DNA of 60,576 bases, from contig CAJQHO010000038.1 of the NCBI GenBank assembly GCA_905478185.1, forward strand, positions 1 to 60,576, given 5' to 3'. This document shows, piece by piece, positions 1-8,609 of this stretch; within the stretch, counting starts at the first letter, position 1, and every line of letters starts with the position of its first letter. Made by a program: the position numbers and the translations under genes. The DNA is from an uncultured Flavobacteriales bacterium (GTDB lineage Bacteria; Bacteroidota; Bacteroidia; Flavobacteriales; BACL11). The notes below the pieces were generated by a model. It worked only from the letters and a program-made list of their open reading frames with translations, was not told where the DNA came from and did not search any database.

Positions 1-65
1 CAAGAAGATAATAAAATAGACAAGCTCACAAATAATACTGCTGATATTTTATATATATTTTTCAT
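1..65 (-). CDS. 5' end of an exported protein (partial, runs off the left edge)
   Basis: ATG at 65..63 on the minus strand, then MKNIYKISAVLFVSLSILLSS (signal-peptide-like), open to the window edge. Too short for the ORF track. Confidence 0.3.
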   Translation of the reverse strand, partial: MKNIYKISAVLFVSLSILLSS

Positions 66-90
66 TGTTGAAATTTTGATTATTAAATAA

Positions 91-121
91 AAAAAGTTGC
101 AATCAAAGATAGCAACTTTTT
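91..121 (-). terminator. Rho-independent terminator downstream of rpmB
   Basis: AAAAAGTTGC (91-100) pairs perfectly with GCAACTTTTT (112-121) over a 10-bp stem. On the minus strand a T-run (TTTTTTTATTT) follows. Confidence 0.6.
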
Positions 122-143
122 ATAAATAAATATAATTAATTGA

Positions 144-383
144 TTATACTAGTATATTACCGTTTGCTTTAGCTTCAGCTAAAACAGCTGCAATACCTTT
201 TTTATCAATTGTTCTAATTGCATTAGTAGAAACTTTTAATATTACAGTTTCTCCTGTTTCAGGAACAAAAAACTTTTTAGTTTGTAAGTTAGGATAAAAC
301 CTTCTTTTAGTTTTATTCTTAGCATGAGAAACATTGTTCCCTACCATTACTTTCTTTCCTGTTATTTGACAAATTCTTGACAT
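144..383 (-). CDS. rpmB: 50S ribosomal protein L28
   Basis: [11 protein letters not shown]...[19 protein letters not shown] is the classic L28 N-terminus; 79 aa. Confidence 0.95.
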   Translation of the reverse strand: MSRICQITGKKVMVGNNVSHAKNKTKRRFYPNLQTKKFFVPETGETVILKVSTNAIRTIDKKGIAAVLAEAKANGNILV

Positions 384-403
384 ATCTTCTTATTTTTGGG
401 CTG

Positions 404-411
404 CAAATATA
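404..411 (-). promoter_or_regulatory. Bacteroidota-type -7 promoter element (TATATTTG) for rpmB
   Basis: The minus strand reads TATATTTG about 20 nt upstream of the rpmB ATG and matches the TAnnTTTG consensus. Confidence 0.4.
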
Positions 412-436
412 CAATCTAATATAAATAAATTGAAGT

Positions 437-913
437 TTATTCTTCTTTTTTTATTTTCTCAATTAACATCCTTAAACTTTCATCAGTCGCCTGATTAACA
501 ACACTTTCCCTAATTCCTGAAAAGTAAAATTTGCTTGAAATAACTTCTGACGGTGTTGCAATTGCTATAAAAACAGTGCCAATAGGATTTTTTTCTGTTC
601 CTCCTAAAGGCCCAGCATAACCACTTGTTACTACTGAAAAATCAGAATTAAACTTATCTTGCACATTTAAAGCCATTTGCTCAACAACTTCAGAGCTTAC
701 CTCAGTCTTTTCATCAATTAATCTTTTAGAAACACTCAAAACATTAACCTTTATCTCATTTTGATAAGCAATAATACCACCTTTAAAATAAGCCGAAGAA
801 CCTGAAATAGAAGTGATTTTTGATGCAATTAAACCAGAAGTGCAACTCTCAGCAACTGAAATACTAATATTTTCAGCAATACATAAATCATGCAATTGCT
901 TAATAATATCCAT
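437..913 (-). CDS. CinA-family nicotinamide-nucleotide amidohydrolase (PncC-like domain)
   Basis: The AESCTSG motif and ...GYAGP...GTVFIA are typical of the CinA C-terminal domain. Confidence 0.8.
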   Translation of the reverse strand: MDIIKQLHDLCIAENISISVAESCTSGLIASKITSISGSSAYFKGGIIAYQNEIKVNVLSVSKRLIDEKTEVSSEVVEQMALNVQDKFNSDFSVVTSGYAGPLGGTEKNPIGTVFIAIATPSEVISSKFYFSGIRESVVNQATDESLRMLIEKIKKEE

Positions 914-915
914 CT

Positions 916-1788
916 CTAAAAAGCAGTAGTTGGACCTGTAATATGCTTTACTTCTTTTGGCCTAATACTCATCACAGGAATATCAGAATTATTAATAATA
1001 TAACGAGCAGTAACACTAATATTATTAGACAATGTAAGCTCTTCCTTCTTAGTCATTATCATTATCAAATCAGCATCAAATTTCTTTTCGTAATCAAAAA
1101 CAAAATCACCTAGAGTTCTCTTTTTCTCACCCTCAACAATTTCAGAAGTACACTTTACCCCCGCATCTAAAATAAACTGTTCAACTTGTTTAATGTTCTT
1201 AATAAGCTTAGCTCTCACCTCATTATTATCTCTTAAAACAACTGAAACTATTCTAATTGTAGCATCCCAATATCTTGCAAATTCTAAAGCATAAGTTACT
1301 TTTTCTTTAGTCTGTTTTTCTAAATCTAAAGGTAAAATCATATTCTCACAACCATCTCTATGAGATTTTCCTTTAATAGTAATCACCGGGCATTTTGAAA
1401 GTCTTACCACTTTCTCGGCATTAGAGCCAATAAATTTACTTTTACTATTAACACCATTAGTTCCCATTACAATTAAATCTGCAGAAATCATATCAGCAAC
1501 CTTATTTACCTCTTGATAAACCCTACCTTTAGCAACCATAGTATCAACATCTATCCCATATTTTAAGCTATATTCAGCAGCAATAAGCTCTAACTTTTCT
1601 TTTACTTTCTTTTTTAATTCATCTGAATTATCATCTAAAAACAAAGACTGAATCATACTTTGCTCCTCAATAACCGACAATAGCACAACATCAGAATTCT
1701 TGATTTTTGCTAGATTAAATGCTTGACCCAAAGCAATTATTGATTGTTCAGAAAATCCGATAGGGACTAATATTTTACTTGCTGACAT
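916..1788 (-). CDS. Tandem-domain universal stress protein (UspA family)
   Basis: Two Usp-like halves (ILVPIGFS...DLIVMGTNG...CPVITI and a second repeat ending IPVMSI). Start chosen at MSASKILVP; the ORF-track start at 1830 adds an unlikely 14 aa. Confidence 0.75.
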   Translation of the reverse strand: MSASKILVPIGFSEQSIIALGQAFNLAKIKNSDVVLLSVIEEQSMIQSLFLDDNSDELKKKVKEKLELIAAEYSLKYGIDVDTMVAKGRVYQEVNKVADMISADLIVMGTNGVNSKSKFIGSNAEKVVRLSKCPVITIKGKSHRDGCENMILPLDLEKQTKEKVTYALEFARYWDATIRIVSVVLRDNNEVRAKLIKNIKQVEQFILDAGVKCTSEIVEGEKKRTLGDFVFDYEKKFDADLIMIMTKKEELTLSNNISVTARYIINNSDIPVMSIRPKEVKHITGPTTAF

Positions 1789-1834
1789 ATTGATTAAATT
1801 TATTATGTTTGACAATGCAAAATTACACATTTAT

Positions 1835-2698
1835 ATGAACATGATAAGTGATACTGAATTAATCCTTACTGATGATAAAAGAATTTATCATTTAAATCTT
1901 TCTAAAGATCAAATTGCTGATGATATAATTTTAGTTGGAGACCCTGATAGAGTTACACTTATATCTAATAAATTTGATGCAATAGAACACAAAGTGAGCA
2001 ATAGAGAATTTGTTACTCATACTGGCCAATTAAACGGAAATCGTATTTCTGCAATCTCCACAGGAATCGGAACAGACAATATTGATATAGTAATTAACGA
2101 ACTTGATGCTCTTGTAAATATTGATTTTAAAACTAGAACTATTAATTCTGATAAAAAATCATTAAATCTAATCAGATTAGGTACTTCTGGTGCTTTACAA
2201 AAAGATATAGCTGTAGATTCATTTCTTGCATCTTCTTTCGGGTTAGGATTTGATAATTTAGCACACTTTTATGCTGATGATAAAATGCTTAATCAAGAAA
2301 TGAGTGTGCAATATCTGAAACATGCAAACTGGCCAAAAAACTTATCAGAACCCTATTTTGTAAAAGCATCTGAAGAATTGCGCAATCAATTTTCTGATTT
2401 AAGACAAGGAATTACAGCAACAGCACCAGGATTTTACGGACCACAAGGAAGAAGCCTAAGGCTCGCTCCATCAATTTCTGATTTGCACGAGAAAATGGGA
2501 AATTTTAGCTTTGAAAAGCATCAAATTACAAACTTTGAAATGGAAACTTCTGCACTTTATTTTTTAGGACAATCACTAGGACACAACACACTAACTATTT
2601 GCGCAATAATCGGCAACAGACTCACACAAGATTACAGTAAGTATTATAAAAAAACAGTTGAAGAAATGGTTGATTTAGTTCTAAAAAGAATCTGCTAA
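1835..2698 (+). CDS. Nucleoside phosphorylase (PNP/UDP family, uridine phosphorylase-like)
   Basis: IYHLNL...ILVGDPDRV...ISTGIG..NIDIV.NEL...RLGTSG...FEMETSAL are PNP_UDP_1 family motifs. Start uncertain (1790, 1835 or 1841). Confidence 0.8.
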   Translation: MNMISDTELILTDDKRIYHLNLSKDQIADDIILVGDPDRVTLISNKFDAIEHKVSNREFVTHTGQLNGNRISAISTGIGTDNIDIVINELDALVNIDFKTRTINSDKKSLNLIRLGTSGALQKDIAVDSFLASSFGLGFDNLAHFYADDKMLNQEMSVQYLKHANWPKNLSEPYFVKASEELRNQFSDLRQGITATAPGFYGPQGRSLRLAPSISDLHEKMGNFSFEKHQITNFEMETSALYFLGQSLGHNTLTICAIIGNRLTQDYSKYYKKTVEEMVDLVLKRIC

Positions 2699-3360
2699 CA
2701 GTTGTCGCAACAACTTTTATCTTCCTGAATAAATCTGCAAGAAAAAACTGCTAATATAGCACCCACAATTGGAGCTACTATATACAACCATAAGTGAGTT
2801 AAATCAAAAGAAAAAATAGCGGGACCAATACTTCTTGCAGGATTCATTGATGCACCACAAATAGGACCTGCAAAAGTAGCTTCAAAAGCAACTACTCCAC
2901 CAATTGCTAAGGCAGCAGTAATTCCTTTTTCTTTTGCGCCAGTTGACACATTTAATATTACAAACATCAGTATGAAAGTCAAAATTAACTCCAAGAAAAA
3001 TGATTGTATCCAGTTATCTTTTAAAGGTAGGGTTTCTCCCATAGTCACCGCATTAGGAAACATAAAATATAAAGTAGCAGAAGCTAAAATAGCACCCAGA
3101 ATTTGAAAAGATATATATTGTAACAACTGATTAGAAGGGAAGCGTTTTGCAACCCAGAAAGCTATAGTTACTGCTGGGTTAATATGAGCCCCAGAAATAT
3201 CTCCAATTGCATAAATCATTGCCATAACTACTAACCCAAAAGAAAGTCCAACACCTAAATGAGAAACAGTCCCTTCTGTAACACTATTAATTATTATTGC
3301 TCCAGCACCAACAAATACCAATATGTAAGTGCCTAAAAACTCAGACCAATATTTTTTCAT
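2695..3360 (-). CDS. MIP-family channel (aquaporin/glyceroporin-like)
   Basis: Two NPA boxes (HINPAVT, SMNPARS) and six hydrophobic segments. Unusual Cys-rich C-terminus (SCRFIQEDKSCCDNC). Confidence 0.9.
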   Translation of the reverse strand: MKKYWSEFLGTYILVFVGAGAIIINSVTEGTVSHLGVGLSFGLVVMAMIYAIGDISGAHINPAVTIAFWVAKRFPSNQLLQYISFQILGAILASATLYFMFPNAVTMGETLPLKDNWIQSFFLELILTFILMFVILNVSTGAKEKGITAALAIGGVVAFEATFAGPICGASMNPARSIGPAIFSFDLTHLWLYIVAPIVGAILAVFSCRFIQEDKSCCDNC

Positions 3361-3764
3361 TTTATATTTTCTTTAAATTTATTCATTATAACCTCTGGAG
3401 CAAAACATGGTTTACCACTTTCTTTATTTACAAAAACTAAAACCACCTCTGCAGTATTTAGTAACTCTTTATTCTCATTATAAGTTTCATAATAGAAAGT
3501 AATTTTTGCAGATGGCAACTCTTTTATTGTTGTTTTAATAGTTAGTTCATCATCATAATAAGCAGGTTTTTTATACTTAACATTAAAGTTTACAACAGGT
3601 AAAGCATAACCCATCTCTTCAATTTCCTTATAAGAAACCCCTAATGAACGCAATAATTCTACCCTACCAACCTCAAAATACTGAGCATAAATCCCATAAT
3701 AGACAAAACTCATTTGATCAGTTTCTGCATATCTTACTCTAATTTTTGTTTCTAAAGAATACAT
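3357..3764 (-). CDS. Acyl-CoA thioesterase, 4HBT/YbgC family
   Basis: RVRYAETDQMSFVYYGIYAQYFEVGRVE is the hot-dog thioesterase signature. ATGA overlap with the aquaporin start. Start chosen at MYSLETK; the track start is 3812. Confidence 0.8.
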   Translation of the reverse strand: MYSLETKIRVRYAETDQMSFVYYGIYAQYFEVGRVELLRSLGVSYKEIEEMGYALPVVNFNVKYKKPAYYDDELTIKTTIKELPSAKITFYYETYNENKELLNTAEVVLVFVNKESGKPCFAPEVIMNKFKENIK

Positions 3765-3811
3765 GTTGCAATAATACACAAAAGCTTTAAAATGTGTAAT
3801 ATTGTAGCTCA

Positions 3812-4534
3812 ATGAAATTAAAAAACTACACTATATATATAGTAGCAATAATTATTATTGCTTGTTCTCCTAGCTACAATTTACAATCGTATAATGCTGA
3901 AGTAATTGAGGTGCAATCTCCAGTTGATAGCACAGTTTTAGCTATAATCACTCCTTACCAAAACGGCATTGAATCGCAAATGAATGAAGTGCTTTGCGTA
4001 TCAGAAATGGAAATGAAAAAAGGAAGGCCAGAAAGTTTGCTCGGCAACTTTGTTACTGATTTATGTTTAAATTATGCTGATGCTCATGTCTGTGTTATGA
4101 ACACTGGAGGTTTGCGATCAGCCCTTCAAAAAGGAAATATTACTAGAGGTGATATTTACACATTAATGCCTTTTGAAAATGAACTAGTTGTTTTAGAGCT
4201 GGATATTGAATCCTTTAAAGGACTTGTTGACTATATTACTAAAAGAGGTGGAGAACCTTTTTCAGGCATGAAACTAAAGGCTTCATCAATAGGATATGAC
4301 ATTGAAGAAGTATCTGGAATGGAGGATTTTTTCGATTTCAATAAAGGAGATAAAATAAGAGTACTTACTTCAGATTACCTTGCAAATGGTGGAGACAAAA
4401 TGTGGTTTTTTAAGGATAAAGAGCAAAATAAAGTTGGTATAAAATTGAGAGATGCAATTATAGACCACTGCAGTAAATCTGACACTATAAGTTCAAAATT
4501 AGATAACAGACTAATCATTACAGAAAATGAGTAA
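3812..4534 (+). CDS. 5'-nucleotidase C-terminal (substrate-binding) domain lipoprotein
   Basis: Lipoprotein signal (IIIACSPS). GGLRSAL..GNIT.GDIY.LMPFENELVV is typical of the 5'-nucleotidase C-terminal domain. Confidence 0.75.
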   Translation: MKLKNYTIYIVAIIIIACSPSYNLQSYNAEVIEVQSPVDSTVLAIITPYQNGIESQMNEVLCVSEMEMKKGRPESLLGNFVTDLCLNYADAHVCVMNTGGLRSALQKGNITRGDIYTLMPFENELVVLELDIESFKGLVDYITKRGGEPFSGMKLKASSIGYDIEEVSGMEDFFDFNKGDKIRVLTSDYLANGGDKMWFFKDKEQNKVGIKLRDAIIDHCSKSDTISSKLDNRLIITENE

Positions 4535-5450
4535 TAGAAGAAGTTTCATAAAACAAAGTGGATTAGGAATTCTTGGACTCTCATTAGTTCCTCAATTATC
4601 ATTTGCAAAAAGAGGAGATGTAAAAATCACTATTTTACACACCAATGATATGCACAGTCACATTCAACCCTTTACAAGCGGAAGAAATAAAGGGTTAGGA
4701 GGAATGGCTCAAAGAGCTGGCTTAATAAACAGTATAAGAGAGAAAGAAGATCATGTTCTTTTATTAGATGCTGGAGATATTTTTCAAGGAACACCTTACT
4801 TTAATTTTTATGGCGGTGAGCTTGAGTTTAAATTAATGAGTGAAATGAAATATGATGCTGTTACCATAGGAAATCATGATTTTGATAACGGACTTGAAGG
4901 TTTTTCAAAACAATTACCTCATGCTAATTTCCCTTTCCTAATTGCAAATTATGATTTTTCAGACACCATACTAAAAGATAAATTTAAACCATACAAAGTA
5001 TTTAATAAAGGAGGTATTAAAGTTGGAGTTTTTGGTATTGGAATAGAATTAGATGGATTAGTTCCTAAGAAGCTTTTTGGAAATACGGTATATCTTGATC
5101 CTATTAAAAAAGCAAATCATTACGCATCATTATTACGAAATAAAGAAAAGTGTGATTTAGTAATTTGCCTCTCTCATTTAGGATTTAAATACGAGAATGA
5201 AAAGGTGTCTGACATGGTTTTAGCTACTCAAAGTCATGATATTGATTTGATTATAGGAGGACACACTCATACCTTCCTTAAAAAACCTGTTAGGACGCTT
5301 AATTTAGACAAAAAAGAGGTGATTATCAACCAAGTTGGTTGGGCAGGAATTAACATTGGCAAAGTGGATTTTCATTTTAGCCAAAAAGATGGTGAAAAAA
5401 AAGTTTTAGGGAGGTCAATATTTGTAAAAAATAGTTCAGAAAAAGCATGA
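4527..5450 (+). CDS. Metallophosphoesterase (5'-nucleotidase N-terminal catalytic domain) with Tat-like signal
   Basis: N-terminal RRSFIKQSG twin-arginine motif. Calcineurin-fold motifs HTNDMHSH, GDIFQG, GNHDFD, GGHTH. 8-nt overlap with the upstream gene. Confidence 0.85.
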   Translation: MSNRRSFIKQSGLGILGLSLVPQLSFAKRGDVKITILHTNDMHSHIQPFTSGRNKGLGGMAQRAGLINSIREKEDHVLLLDAGDIFQGTPYFNFYGGELEFKLMSEMKYDAVTIGNHDFDNGLEGFSKQLPHANFPFLIANYDFSDTILKDKFKPYKVFNKGGIKVGVFGIGIELDGLVPKKLFGNTVYLDPIKKANHYASLLRNKEKCDLVICLSHLGFKYENEKVSDMVLATQSHDIDLIIGGHTHTFLKKPVRTLNLDKKEVIINQVGWAGINIGKVDFHFSQKDGEKKVLGRSIFVKNSSEKA

Positions 5451-5633
5451 AAAAGGAAATTTAATGAGTTTTTAATGATTAATCCTATCTAGCAGAATAT
5501 ACCTGTAAAAAAAACTTTAAATTCAAGCCTTGATTTTCTTTTATATTAACAATAACTTCTTCATATTTGCTAGCGCCAAAACGAAAAGAAAGACTATTAA
5601 CCGATTAATCAAACGCTAAACCAGAACCATAAA

Positions 5634-7067
5634 ATGCAAGAAAAAAGTTATCAGGAAATTTGGAATAACTGCCTAACAATAATTAGCGATAATGTAAGTG
5701 TACAGAACTTTAAAACTTGGTTTAAACCAATTAAAGCTATAGCATTAAACGAAAAAATACTTACCATTCAAGTTCCCAGTCAATTCTTTTACGAATGGTT
5801 AGAAAAAAACTACATTACTCTTATCAAGAAAACTCTTAAAAGAGAATTAGGTAAGGACGCAAAATTAGAATACAACATTTTACTTGATACTCCTGGAACT
5901 AAAAAACCTTACATAACTAAGATACCTAGTAGCGGACAAGCAACTGTAACAAACAACCCAGTAAGTATGCCTATGGATATGGGGAGTGGCTCTGCAATTA
6001 GAAACCCATTTATCATTCCTGGTTTACAAAAAATAAATATCAATCCTCAACTTAACGAATCATACACATTTGATGCTTATATTGAAGGAGAATGCAATAG
6101 ATTAGCTCGTTCAGCAGGATTTGCAGTTTCGCAAAACCCTGGAGGAACATCATTCAACCCATTATTTATTTACGGAAGTGGAGGATTAGGAAAAACGCAT
6201 TTAGCTAACGCAATTGGTATTGAAGTAAAAAACAATCATCCTGATAAAACTGTTTTATATGTTTCAGCTGATAAATTTCAAACTCAATTTGTAGATGCAA
6301 TAATGGACAACAAGAAGAACGATTTTGTTCATTTCTACCAATCTATTGATGTTTTAATTATTGATGATGTGCAATTCCTTTGCGGAAAAGAGAAAACTCA
6401 AGATGTTTTCTTCCATATCTTTAATCATTTACACCAAAATAAAAAGCAAGTTATTTTAACTTCTGACAAAGCTCCTGTTGATATAGTAGGAATGGAACAA
6501 AGGTTACTATCTCGTTTCAAATGGGGTCTTTCTGCTGACTTACAGTCACCCGACCTTGAAACAAGACTTGCAATTTTAATGAAGAAAATAAAGAAAGATG
6601 GAATTGATATCCCTTATGAAGTAGTAGAATATATTGCATACTCTATCACTTCAAATGTAAGAGAATTAGAAGGCGCTTTAATTTCTCTTCTAGCTCAATC
6701 ATCTTTAAACAAAAAAGAAATTACAATTGATTTAGCAAAAAATATGCTAGATAAATTTGTAAGGAATACAGTAAGAGAAGTATCTATTGACTTCATCCAA
6801 AAAGTAGTTTGCGATTATTTTGATATTCCTATTGAGATAATGAAATCAAAAACTAGAAAGAGAGAAATTGTTCAGTGCCGTCAATTAGCTATGTATTTTT
6901 CTAAGCAAATGACGAAAAGCTCATTAGCTATGATTGGAAAACATTGCGGAAACAAAGATCATGCCACTGTACTTCATGCTTGTAAAACAGTAAATAATCT
7001 TGCGGATACTGACAAAAGATTTAAAGGATACATTACTGATATTGAGAAGAAATTAACACTTTCTTAA
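5634..7067 (+). CDS. dnaA: Chromosomal replication initiator DnaA
   Basis: AAA+ Walker A GGLGKTHL, IDDVQFL, SNVRELEGAL, and a C-terminal DNA-binding domain (RQLAMYFSK...DHATVLHA). Confidence 0.97.
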   Translation: MQEKSYQEIWNNCLTIISDNVSVQNFKTWFKPIKAIALNEKILTIQVPSQFFYEWLEKNYITLIKKTLKRELGKDAKLEYNILLDTPGTKKPYITKIPSSGQATVTNNPVSMPMDMGSGSAIRNPFIIPGLQKININPQLNESYTFDAYIEGECNRLARSAGFAVSQNPGGTSFNPLFIYGSGGLGKTHLANAIGIEVKNNHPDKTVLYVSADKFQTQFVDAIMDNKKNDFVHFYQSIDVLIIDDVQFLCGKEKTQDVFFHIFNHLHQNKKQVILTSDKAPVDIVGMEQRLLSRFKWGLSADLQSPDLETRLAILMKKIKKDGIDIPYEVVEYIAYSITSNVRELEGALISLLAQSSLNKKEITIDLAKNMLDKFVRNTVREVSIDFIQKVVCDYFDIPIEIMKSKTRKREIVQCRQLAMYFSKQMTKSSLAMIGKHCGNKDHATVLHACKTVNNLADTDKRFKGYITDIEKKLTLS

Positions 7068-7071
7068 AATC

Positions 7072-7521
7072 ATGAAGATTTTAATGGTTTGCTTAGGAAA
7101 CATCTGCCGATCACCACTAGCTGAAGGAATCTTAGCGCATAAAATACAACACTTAGATGTAACTGTTGAATCTGCAGGAACAGCAGGATACCATATTGGA
7201 AAAATGCCAGACGAAAGATCAATTGAAATAGCAAATAAGTACGAAATAGATATAAGCAACCAAAAAGCGAGACAATTTAGTAGAGCTGATTTTGATGAGT
7301 TTGATATTATCTATGCAATGGATACCAATAATTTCGCACATTTAACTTCTCTTGCAAAAAATCAAAATGAGAGGGATAAAATCCGAATGATTTTAAACGA
7401 AATAAAGCCAGAATCTTTTGATTCAGTTCCTGATCCTTACTATGGAGGTGATAACGGATTTCACTTAGTGTATAATATGCTAGATGAAGCATGTAATAAA
7501 ATTATTACTCAAATTGAATAA
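7072..7521 (+). CDS. Low-molecular-weight protein-tyrosine phosphatase
   Basis: CLGNICRSP P-loop and a DPYYG motif. Confidence 0.9.
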   Translation: MKILMVCLGNICRSPLAEGILAHKIQHLDVTVESAGTAGYHIGKMPDERSIEIANKYEIDISNQKARQFSRADFDEFDIIYAMDTNNFAHLTSLAKNQNERDKIRMILNEIKPESFDSVPDPYYGGDNGFHLVYNMLDEACNKIITQIE

Positions 7522-8218
7522 AGGAAAACTTTACTTAATCCCAACAATACTTGGCAAAGAAACTCAAGAGGCAACTCTGCCTTCTACTATACTCAAATCT
7601 ATAAAAGAAATAGATATTTTTATTGTTGAAAACCTAAGAACAGCTAGAAGGCACATCAAAAAAATTTACAGAGAAAAAGACATTGATGCCACTACATTTT
7701 ATTCTTATGGAAAGCATGATACTTTAAGCCTGGAGGAAGATTTTTTACCACATATTTTATCAGGACAAAATGTAGGACTACTTTCTGAAGCTGGCCTACC
7801 TTGTATTGCTGATCCTGGATCAAAAATTGTAGAATATGCACACAGTTTTCAGATTGATGTAGTGCCATTTGTAGGTCCTTCATCAATTATATTAGCACTT
7901 ATGGCTTCTGGGATGAATGGACAAAACTTTGCTTTTACAGGATATCTACCTATTGATAAATCTGACCGAACAAGAGCTTTAAGATATTTGGAATCGCTTA
8001 CAAAAAAAACAGGGCAAACTCAAATTTTTATGGAAACTCCATATAGGAATCATCAATTATTTGATACAATTATTAAAGTTTGCAGCAACAATACAAAACT
8101 TTGTATTGCAAGTGATATTACTCTTCCATCTGAAAATATTAAAACAAAAACTATTGCGGAATGGAAGCAAGAGAAAATCAATATTAATAAAAAGCCAGCA
8201 ATATTTCTGATTAATTAA
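7514..8218 (+). CDS. SAM-dependent methyltransferase, tetrapyrrole-methylase fold (RsmI/YraL-like)
   Basis: GKLYLIPT.LG...SEAG.P.IADPG fold signature. An in-frame TTG at 7514 gives (M)NKGKLYLIPT and removes most of the overlap with the upstream gene; the track's ATG is at 7484. Confidence 0.75.
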   Translation: MNKGKLYLIPTILGKETQEATLPSTILKSIKEIDIFIVENLRTARRHIKKIYREKDIDATTFYSYGKHDTLSLEEDFLPHILSGQNVGLLSEAGLPCIADPGSKIVEYAHSFQIDVVPFVGPSSIILALMASGMNGQNFAFTGYLPIDKSDRTRALRYLESLTKKTGQTQIFMETPYRNHQLFDTIIKVCSNNTKLCIASDITLPSENIKTKTIAEWKQEKININKKPAIFLIN

Positions 8219-8250
8219 TGTAATGTCAGGAGTAAAACTAACAATTTAAA

Positions 8251-8277
8251 AGAGCCTCAATTGAGGCTCTTTTTTTA
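8251..8277 (+). terminator. Rho-independent terminator
   Basis: Perfect palindrome AGAGCCTCAA/TTGAGGCTCT followed by TTTTTTT. Confidence 0.75.
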
Positions 8278-8291
8278 TATATCTTTGCAAA

Positions 8292-8609
8292 ATGAAAAGA
8301 GTAAAAAAATATTACGAAAGGATTCCTAAACCTTTAAGAAATAAATACATACTTACCATATTATTCTTTGTCTTCTGGATTGTTTTTTTAGATGATTACA
8401 ATTTAATAAAACAAAATCAATTGCAAAATGAAGTGGAGGAATTAGAATATCAGAAAAACTACTACACAACACAGATCAAACAAGATAGCACAGAGCTTTA
8501 CCACCTTAAAAACACTCCTGAACAACAAGAAAAATTTGCAAGAGAAAAGTTTTTAATGAAAAAGGATAATGAAGAAGTTTTTATTTTAAGAGACAAAACA
8601 AATGACTAA
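8292..8609 (+). CDS. Septum formation initiator (FtsB/DivIC-like) membrane protein
   Basis: One N-terminal TM segment followed by a coiled coil ([17 protein letters not shown]); about 100 aa. A TATCTTTG -7-like element lies at 8280-8287. Confidence 0.6.
   Translation: MKRVKKYYERIPKPLRNKYILTILFFVFWIVFLDDYNLIKQNQLQNEVEELEYQKNYYTTQIKQDSTELYHLKNTPEQQEKFAREKFLMKKDNEEVFILRDKTND

Noticed and set aside
5451-5633. Possible oriC (DnaA-box cluster) in the 183-bp region upstream of dnaA
   Set aside because: Reading by eye, I found no TTATCCACA/TGTGGATAA-like 9-mers (up to about one mismatch) on either strand. The gap after dnaA is only 4 nt. The origin is probably elsewhere, which is common in Bacteroidota. 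A whole-genome GC-skew and DnaA-box scan would settle it.
7053-7886. Minus-strand ORFs at 7053-7259, 7307-7492 and 7692-7886
   Set aside because: They are antisense to the LMW-PTP and RsmI-like methyltransferase genes and have no motifs.
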